Both the position numbers and the translations under genes were made by a program. The notes beneath the pieces were generated by a model that was not told the DNA's origin, did no database searches, and worked only from the letters and a program-made list of their open reading frames with translations. Below are positions 56,995-64,000 of a stretch of DNA of 64,000 nucleotides, piece by piece. Numbering within the stretch: the stretch's first letter is position 1; every line of letters starts with the position of its first letter. The stretch is from Planctomycetota bacterium (GTDB lineage: Bacteria; Planctomycetota; GCA-002687715; CAIWVZ01), in assembly GCA_044222185.1 (NCBI GenBank), contig JBGANV010000006.1:32001-96000 (forward strand), in the 5' to 3' direction.

Positions 56995-57021
56995 TGTCGA
57001 TCTCGCGCGACCTCGTTCGTG
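56995..57021 (+). promoter_or_regulatory. Putative ECF42-type promoter (TGTCGA...CGTTCGT)
   Basis: TGTCGA at 56995 and CGT about 17 nt downstream, upstream of a YciI(DGPF)-ECF42 operon. Confidence 0.6.
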
Positions 57022-57134
57022 TATGCACGCGGCAACCGACAGCGCGCGACTCTCGCAGGGGAGGAACGGAATCCCTTCGCCGTCCCTGCGGGGAGTCACG
57101 CGCGAAACCGACTCAATCACGGAGAAATCGACCC

Positions 57135-57488
57135 ATGGTCACCTACCTGCTGAGCATCATGCAACCGGACGGCCCACCTCCTGGCCCCGAAGTTCTGGAT
57201 GGCGTCATGCGGAACGTGGGCGTCGTCATGCAGGACCTGAAATCCAGCGGGGCTTGGGTGTTCAACGGAGGACTCCACCCGCCGAGCGCGGCGACGGTCG
57301 TTCGTGCCAAGGCCGGTGAGCTGCTCACGACCGACGGTCCCTACGCCGAAGGCAAGGAGCACGTCGGCGGGTTCATCGTCATCCGCGTGTCCGACCTCGA
57401 CGCAGCGCTCCGATGGGCCGGGAAGTTCGCACGAGCGATCACGCTCCCCATCGAGGTGCGCCCGTTCCAGCATGCAAGCTCGGGCTGA
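57135..57488 (+). CDS. YciI/DGPF family protein
   Basis: [32 protein letters not shown]. Confidence 0.92.
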   Translation: MVTYLLSIMQPDGPPPGPEVLDGVMRNVGVVMQDLKSSGAWVFNGGLHPPSAATVVRAKAGELLTTDGPYAEGKEHVGGFIVIRVSDLDAALRWAGKFARAITLPIEVRPFQHASSG

Positions 57489-58689
57489 GATCGAGCGGGT
57501 CTTCCGCGAGGAGTACGGGCGCGCGGTTTCGGTCCTCGTCCGAATCTTCGACGACATCGACGTCGCCGAGGAGGCGGTCCAGGATGCGTTCGCGGTCGCG
57601 CTCGAGCGTTGGCCGTCCGAAGGCGTTCCGCCCAGTCCTGCGGGCTGGATCATCACGACGGCCCGCCGGCGCGGGATCGACCGGCTGCGGCGCGACAGGG
57701 CGATCACCCGAGCCCCGATCCATGCAGTGATGGCTGACTTGCAGGAGCCCGTCGAGGAATCCGTCGTGCGCGACGACCAACTGCGGTTGATCTTCACGTG
57801 CTGTCATCCGGCCCTCGGGTTGGCCGCGCAGGTGGCGCTCTCGCTTCAGCTCGTCGGCGGCCTCTCGACCCAGGAGATCGCGCGCGCGTTCCTCGTCTCC
57901 GAGTCGACGATGGCTCAGCGGCTCGTTCGGGCGAAGAGCAAGATCCGGGATGCGCGCATTCCCTATCGGATACCCGACGAGGCCGACGTTCCGGCGCGAC
58001 GCGGCGCGGTCCTCGCCGTCATCTACCTCATCTTCAACGAAGGCTACTCTGCCAGCGCCGGATCCGATCTTCTGTGCGCGAGCCTGTGTGCGGAGGCCAT
58101 TCGTCTGGGCAGGCTTCTGCGTGAGCTCATGCCCGACGACGGCGAGGTGGCGGGCCTGCTCGCGCTCATGCTGATCATCGACTCGCGTCGTCTTGCGCGC
58201 ACCACGCCCGAGGGGGATCTGGTCGTGCTCGCCGAACAGGATCGCGGGCGTTGGCACCGCGGATTGATCGAGGAAGGTCGCGCGCTCGTTCGCGAGTGTC
58301 TTCGGCGCGGTGCGCCGGGCCCGTATCAGCTCCAGGCCGCCATCCAGGCCGTACATGCCGGCGCCGCGAAAGCCGCCGAGACCGACTGGCGCGAGATTCT
58401 CCGGCTCTACGATCGGCTCATGGCTGTTGCTCCGTCCCCGATCGTCGCGCTCAACCGCGCAGTCGCTCTGGCCGAAGTGGATGGACCGGCACTCGCCCTG
58501 TCGATCGTCGATGGGCTTGCGCTCGAAAACCACCACCTCCTGCACGCCGTGCGAGCGGACCTCCTGCGAAGGCTCGGCCGGCGCGACGACGCGCTCTGCG
58601 CCTACGACACGGCGATCGAACGCGCGGCCAACGCCGCCGAGCGACGCTTCCTGTCGGCGCGCGCTGCCGAGCTTCGCTCCCTGCCGTGA
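57472..58689 (+). CDS. ECF42-type sigma factor with C-terminal TPR extension
   Basis: [62 protein letters not shown]. Confidence 0.93.
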   Translation: MQARAEIERVFREEYGRAVSVLVRIFDDIDVAEEAVQDAFAVALERWPSEGVPPSPAGWIITTARRRGIDRLRRDRAITRAPIHAVMADLQEPVEESVVRDDQLRLIFTCCHPALGLAAQVALSLQLVGGLSTQEIARAFLVSESTMAQRLVRAKSKIRDARIPYRIPDEADVPARRGAVLAVIYLIFNEGYSASAGSDLLCASLCAEAIRLGRLLRELMPDDGEVAGLLALMLIIDSRRLARTTPEGDLVVLAEQDRGRWHRGLIEEGRALVRECLRRGAPGPYQLQAAIQAVHAGAAKAAETDWREILRLYDRLMAVAPSPIVALNRAVALAEVDGPALALSIVDGLALENHHLLHAVRADLLRRLGRRDDALCAYDTAIERAANAAERRFLSARAAELRSLP

Positions 58690-58726
58690 TGCCTGGCGCG
58701 GGCCAGGCGATCACGTGTCGAGGGCG

Positions 58727-61700
58727 TCAGAGCTGGTCAGGCGTGCGGGCCCACGTGAGCTTCAACACCGTGGGGTTGCCCGGATCGAAGTACACGGCTT
58801 GCAGCGTCGCCGAGATTCCCAACGGGACCGGGGGCAACACGAAGCCCGGAATGACGATCTTGCCGCTTGCGTCGTAGGCGAACGGAATCGCGGGGCCGAA
58901 GAGCCCCAGTCCATCGAACACGGGAATCAGCGGTCCCGACGAGCCGGCGAACGGGCTGAGCGAGATGACGAGGTTCTCGGCGCCCGTCGGGAATGGCGCG
59001 ACGGGGTTCACGGCGCCGAGGTCCGCGAGAACGGTGACGGGAGCGAACGGAGACCCGCCTTCCATCACCATGGCGTAGGGCTGCCCGGGCCCGACGTTCA
59101 TCGGTTCACGGCGGATCGTGCCCTGGTTGCTCCAGTTCCCACCCACCGGCAGGGCGACGGAATCGCAGACGACACCGCCCGCCGTCACGACGTTGATCGT
59201 GATCCCGCCGACGAACTGGGTCGACGGGACGGACGGTCCGAGCTGTGCCGACAGCTGTGTGGATCCGACGAACGTCGTGGCCAGCGCGTAGCCGTCGGCG
59301 TAGACGATCATGCCGGCCGAGAAACACGTGCCGTCGATGACGATCGTCGTCGGGGGAGACGCGGGGCCGAGGATCGCGAACGGGCTGGGAGAGAGAGAGG
59401 TGATCTGGTGCACGTTCACCGAGAGCGTCGCGGACGATGACGTGGCCGACCCGCAGGCATTGGTGACGACGCAGTCGTAGGAGCCCACGTCCGTCGGAGC
59501 GGCGTTCGCGATGGCGAGCGACGCGCCGTTGGCGCCCGGGATCGGCGAGCCGCCCTTGCGCCACTGGTAGGCGAGCGGGTTCGCGCCCGTTGCCGTCACC
59601 GTGAACGTCGCGAGCCCGTCGATGCACACGGATTGCCCGACGGGGTCGGTGACGACGGCAGGCGGCGCGTCGACGGTGAGGATGGCGCCTGCGCTCGTCA
59701 CCGAGCCGCAGGCATTCGTGACGGAGCAGGAGTAGATCGCTGCGTCGGCGGCCGTCGCGGCGGCGATGAGGAGCGTCGCGGTCGTCGCGCCCGCGATGGG
59801 CGAGGCGTCCTTCAACCATTGATAGCTGAGCGGTGCCGTGCCGGAGGCCGTCACGGAGAACGTCGCCGGCGCGCCGTCGCACACCGTCTGCGGTGCCGGC
59901 GGAGTCGTCACTGCCGGGGCCAAATCGACGGTGAGGGTCGCGGCCGTGCTCGCGACGCTCCCACACCCATTCGTGACCGTGCACTGGTAGGAACCCTGGT
60001 CGGCGGCCGTCGTGACGGCGATGAGGAGCGTTGCATTGGTCGCTCCCGCGATGGGCGAGCCGTCCTTCAACCATTGATAGGTGAGCGGTGCCGTGCCGGA
60101 GGCCGTCACGGAGACGCTGGCGGGAGCGCCCTCACAGACCGTCGACGGCGACGGAGGCGTCGTGATCGAAGCCGCAGCGTCGAGCGTGAGCGCAGCGCCG
60201 TTGCTGGTGACCGTTCCACAGGGCCCCGTGATCACGCAGTCGTAGGTGGCGACGTCGGCGTTCGAGACGTTCGAGAGCGCAAGCGTCGCGGAGGTCGCAC
60301 CCGAGATCGCGACCGCGGCCTTCCGCCACTGGAAGCCCGTCGCACTCGTCGCCGTGACCATGAAGGATGCCGATCCACCCGGGCATGCGGTCTGAGGGCT
60401 CGGTTGTCCGGTGACGACCGGTACGGTGTTCACGGTCAACGTCGCCGGATTGGACGTCGCCGTTCCGCAGGCGTTCGTGATGACGCAGTCGTAGGTACCG
60501 GAGTCCGCCGTCGTCACGTTCGCGCGACTGAGGAGGATCGACGTTGCGCCGGCGATCGGCGCTCCGCCCTTGCGCCACTGATAGGTGGGGGTGCCCGTCG
60601 CGCTGACGAGGAAGAACACCGTCGCCCCGGAGCAGACCGATTGCGTCGCGGGGTGCGACGTGAACGTGGGTGCCGCATTCACCGTCAGCGTCGCGGCGTT
60701 GCTGGTCGTCGTGCCGCAGGCGTTCGAGACGAGGCAGTCGTAGCTGCCCGCATCGCCGGCCGCGACGCTGGGAATCGTGTATGTCGTGCTCGTGGCGCCA
60801 CCGATGTTGGAGCCCGCCTTGCGCCATTGGAACCCCGTGGCGCCCGACGCCGTCAGCGACAGCGTCGCGGGGTTGCCGACGCAGCCCGTCTGATTCGTCG
60901 GCTGCGACGTGATGACCGGAGTCGCGCACGTCGACCCGTTGTAAACGTAGAGCGCGAAGTCCTGGTCCGTCCCGTCAGCGTTGCCGGGCACTCCGTCACC
61001 GGCGATGTTGGTGGCCGTCACCGTGATCGTGAACGCACCTGTGACGCCCGCGGGAAGGAACACGAACTCGGCGTTGTTCTTGTCGTCGGCGACGCCGCCG
61101 GTCACCGAGGTTTGACCGGTGAACACATTGCCCTTGTAGGTGTTGCCGTTGACGACGACCTGCAGATCCAGGTTGTTCACGTAGGCGTTGCCGGTCGTCG
61201 GGCCAGGGGCATCCGTCCACGCGAGCGCGACGCGGAACGGCTGAGTGCTCGACGCCACGGATCCGGACAGCGTGAACGTGTTGCCCGTCGCACCGAAGAC
61301 CTGCGTCTGATCGACACGCGCCGTCGCCACGCCGTCGAACGCGCGACCCAGGTCGACGCGGCCCATTCCCTGTGTGTTCGACCACAACGTGTCGTTGCCG
61401 TTGACGCCGGTCATGTAGCGGGTCGTGCACATCAGCGCAGCCTTCACCATCGCGGGGCTCGGTGTGCCCCAGGCCTGGTTGATGAAGTACTGGTAGATGA
61501 GCGCCGTAGCGCCTGCGACCGCCGGACACGAGTGGCTCGTACCCGTCGACCAGCAGTAGAGCGTCTGTCCGATCGGCCAGTACGTGTTGCAGACGCCCAT
61601 GCCGGTGTAACTGAGGGATCGGCTCGCCGCGCCCTGGATGTGGACGCCAGGAGCCGTCACGTCCGGCTTCTTCCGGCCGTCCGCCGTGGGACCCCGTGCA

Positions 61701-63337
61701 CTGAACGCGATGATGTCGAGCGCGTTGTCCGCGCTCGTGTTGCCATAGCCGCACCCGTCGGTGCCAGTCTGGCGCACGTTCTCGCTGGCGCCCACCGTGA
61801 TGATGTTCTTGGATGTGGCGGGTGCGTGAATCGTGTTGGCGCTCGGACCGCCGTTGCCTGCCGAGAAGCAGATGATCAGCGGTTGATGGCCAGCCGTTCC
61901 GCTGACGGCGTCGCGGACCATCGCGTCATGAGCCTGCGAGTCGCTCGGATAGGCGTTCCCCGAGATCTGGTTCCACGAGTTGCTCGACATGCGAGCCCCG
62001 CTCGTGTACGCCTGCGACAACCGGGTGGGCGTCGAGCCGGTGAACTGGTCGGAGCCTGCATTGTTGAAGACCTTCGTGTCGCCGAGTCCGACGAAGGGGC
62101 AGATTCCGAGCCCGTAGTTGTAGCCCAGGGCATCCTCGGCGGAGGCGCCGCTCGATGCGTTGTACCCGCCGACGATCGAGGCGTTGATGTTCCCGTGTCC
62201 TCCGCCGCTTTCGCCCAGGGCGTCCGTCGTGAAGTTGTGGACGTACGTGACGCGGCTGGCATTCGCGGCGAGCCCGAGAACGCGGAACTCGGAGTTCACG
62301 TCCGTCGTCGAGCCCCGATCGACACCGTCATCCGTCACGTCGACGGAGAAGGCGAACTGGCCCGACGACGAAAAGCCCTTGCTCGAGAGCCACGCGAGAT
62401 AACCGGGACCGGATGGCGCCGTTCCGCCGGCGTTCAGGTTGCCGGCCATGATCTGCCCCTGCGCCTCGTCCTGCATGCGCGACGGCACCCACGACTCGAT
62501 GGCGAACACGGAGGGATCCGCGACGAGCCCTGCGACGACCTGGCGCGGCAACTGCACCGAGATGTCGACGAAGTTCAGCACCTCGCTCGGGGGGGTGAGT
62601 TTCAGGAACCCGCCGTCCGTCAGCCATCGGGCGATGGGGGCGGCGCGTTCGTCGTTGATCAATTGCACGGTGACGTCGATCGGCGCCTCCGACGCGAGGT
62701 CGATCCGGCGCAGGTCCGGCGAGAGTTTGAAATAGGGGTGATAGGGCCCGACCCATTGGATGGCGGGAGAACGCGCGAGGTTCGCGAGTGCACCCAAGGC
62801 GCCGGCGTCCACGGCGACCACGTAGGCATTCATCGCCATGGGGTAGACGATCGTGGCTCCCGTGGCGCGCAGCTGATCGAGCCACGAATCGCGGATCGGA
62901 CCGACGAACTGGACGAGCCAGAGCGAGCGATCGTCCGTCGTGAGCTGGTCGAACGAGCGCGCGCGAAACTGCGGCGGGATCTGTTGGAGCTTCGCTTCGG
63001 TCCGCTCGGGGTCGGCGGTGTCGAATGCGAAGTCGTTGATCGCGATCAGCGCATCCTCGTCGTGGAGGACGTCAGCGAGTGCATCGAGGGCGCTTGGTCC
63101 CCCCAGGATCGCGTCGCTGAACGTCAAGTGCAGGAACCCGCCGTAGTCCTCCTCGTGGATGACGGCGCCGCCGGCGCGAAGCTGTGCGAGCCGGCTGTCG
63201 CTCCTGGCGAAGGTGGCGCGGTGGGTCGGACCGCGGCTGCGGAAGCGGTCCGATGCGGCGTCGACCTGGGCGGGAAGCGCGGCAACGATCAACGAAACGG
63301 CGACCAGGAACCCGACGAACCGGGAGTGGTTTTGCAT
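58727..63337 (-). CDS. Secreted S8 peptidase (KP-43-like) with six Ig-like repeats
   Basis: DVTDDGVD, GHG, FSAGN, RKKPDV, GTSHSCP, LAWTD...NNLDL C-domain; six repeats with FQW/YQW...YxC...N.CG. Confidence 0.92.
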   Translation of the reverse strand: MQNHSRFVGFLVAVSLIVAALPAQVDAASDRFRSRGPTHRATFARSDSRLAQLRAGGAVIHEEDYGGFLHLTFSDAILGGPSALDALADVLHDEDALIAINDFAFDTADPERTEAKLQQIPPQFRARSFDQLTTDDRSLWLVQFVGPIRDSWLDQLRATGATIVYPMAMNAYVVAVDAGALGALANLARSPAIQWVGPYHPYFKLSPDLRRIDLASEAPIDVTVQLINDERAAPIARWLTDGGFLKLTPPSEVLNFVDISVQLPRQVVAGLVADPSVFAIESWVPSRMQDEAQGQIMAGNLNAGGTAPSGPGYLAWLSSKGFSSSGQFAFSVDVTDDGVDRGSTTDVNSEFRVLGLAANASRVTYVHNFTTDALGESGGGHGNINASIVGGYNASSGASAEDALGYNYGLGICPFVGLGDTKVFNNAGSDQFTGSTPTRLSQAYTSGARMSSNSWNQISGNAYPSDSQAHDAMVRDAVSGTAGHQPLIICFSAGNGGPSANTIHAPATSKNIITVGASENVRQTGTDGCGYGNTSADNALDIIAFSARGPTADGRKKPDVTAPGVHIQGAASRSLSYTGMGVCNTYWPIGQTLYCWSTGTSHSCPAVAGATALIYQYFINQAWGTPSPAMVKAALMCTTRYMTGVNGNDTLWSNTQGMGRVDLGRAFDGVATARVDQTQVFGATGNTFTLSGSVASSTQPFRVALAWTDAPGPTTGNAYVNNLDLQVVVNGNTYKGNVFTGQTSVTGGVADDKNNAEFVFLPAGVTGAFTITVTATNIAGDGVPGNADGTDQDFALYVYNGSTCATPVITSQPTNQTGCVGNPATLSLTASGATGFQWRKAGSNIGGATSTTYTIPSVAAGDAGSYDCLVSNACGTTTSNAATLTVNAAPTFTSHPATQSVCSGATVFFLVSATGTPTYQWRKGGAPIAGATSILLSRANVTTADSGTYDCVITNACGTATSNPATLTVNTVPVVTGQPSPQTACPGGSASFMVTATSATGFQWRKAAVAISGATSATLALSNVSNADVATYDCVITGPCGTVTSNGAALTLDAAASITTPPSPSTVCEGAPASVSVTASGTAPLTYQWLKDGSPIAGATNATLLIAVTTAADQGSYQCTVTNGCGSVASTAATLTVDLAPAVTTPPAPQTVCDGAPATFSVTASGTAPLSYQWLKDASPIAGATTATLLIAAATAADAAIYSCSVTNACGSVTSAGAILTVDAPPAVVTDPVGQSVCIDGLATFTVTATGANPLAYQWRKGGSPIPGANGASLAIANAAPTDVGSYDCVVTNACGSATSSSATLSVNVHQITSLSPSPFAILGPASPPTTIVIDGTCFSAGMIVYADGYALATTFVGSTQLSAQLGPSVPSTQFVGGITINVVTAGGVVCDSVALPVGGNWSNQGTIRREPMNVGPGQPYAMVMEGGSPFAPVTVLADLGAVNPVAPFPTGAENLVISLSPFAGSSGPLIPVFDGLGLFGPAIPFAYDASGKIVIPGFVLPPVPLGISATLQAVYFDPGNPTVLKLTWARTPDQL

Positions 63338-63666
63338 GAGGAGGTGGCTTCAGTACCCCAGCACGCCGCCGTGGCGGCCGGAGGACGCTATGGACGTGGG
63401 CTGCAGGAGGACTCTTCGGACCAGCTTCGGGCACCGGGTCGAGCGGCAACTCTCCGGGCCCGGAGGATTCTATAGACCCGGGGACGTTGCGGCCAAAATC
63501 GGCGGCGAGGGGGGCGGCCGAACGCTCCGCTTCCGGAAGTTTTCGGGCAGCGGTTCATTGAGCGTGGGCTGGCGACCGCACGTGGGACCGACGAACGGCG
63601 CGCAGATCCGGTGACGTGTCCGTGGAAAGTCACGGAAACTCGACGCACGATCCCAACGTCACTGCC

Positions 63667-64000
63667 ATGCGAGCCTTCGACTTCTCCCGAGCGCAGATAC
63701 TGCCGTCGTTGCCGCGACGGGCCCGTTCCGTCGTCTTCGTCGGCGCGGGCGGGATCGTCAACAGCGCCGAGCTGCCCGCATACCTCGAGGAGGGCATCCC
63801 GATCCGAGGGATATTCGACGTGGATCGGGAGGCAGCGCACGCCACGGCCTCGGCGTTCGGGGTCGGACGGGTGTTCGACTCGCTCGCGCAGGCCGTGATC
63901 GAGCGAAACGTCGTGTTCGACGTCGCCGTTCCAGCGAGCGAGATCACCCGAGTGCTCGACCGTCTGCCGCGGGGCGCGCCCGTGCTGATCCAGAAGCCAC
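63667..64000 (+). CDS. Gfo/Idh/MocA oxidoreductase (5' part, runs off the window)
   Basis: Manual translation from ATG 63667: VVFVGAGGIV...LPAY...IFDVD...FDVAVP...VLIQKP. Confidence 0.85.
   Translation, partial: MRAFDFSRAQILPSLPRRARSVVFVGAGGIVNSAELPAYLEEGIPIRGIFDVDREAAHATASAFGVGRVFDSLAQAVIERNVVFDVAVPASEITRVLDRLPRGAPVLIQKP

Overview
GC-rich, gene-dense bacterial DNA. It is probably from a Planctomycetota genome; this is inferred from the ECF-sigma/Ser-Thr-kinase pair, QW-repeat proteins and many large secreted proteins. About 42 CDSs can be supported. I saw no rRNA, tRNA, CRISPR array or transposase. The standout feature is a three-gene RiPP-like locus at 4320-8505. It encodes (i) a 157-aa putative precursor with a 12-Cys, Ser/Thr-rich internal core and a long helical C-terminal tail, (ii) a stand-alone HopA1-like putative phospho-lyase, and (iii) an RRE-kinase-LanC fusion with WCNG/CCG zinc ligands and no lyase domain. 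This mixes class IV and class V lanthipeptide logic and sits directly behind an ECF/STK-TPR regulatory pair. Other notable items are a translationally coupled enolase-superfamily/GH3 amido-synthetase pair, a recurrent C-terminal module on unrelated secreted proteins, four ECF sigma systems (three with recognisable upstream promoter motifs), a degenerate UbiA/MqnP-like protein and an SGNH-hydrolase remnant. Start codons were re-picked by eye where the ORF track overextends. All family calls come from motif recognition, not database searches.
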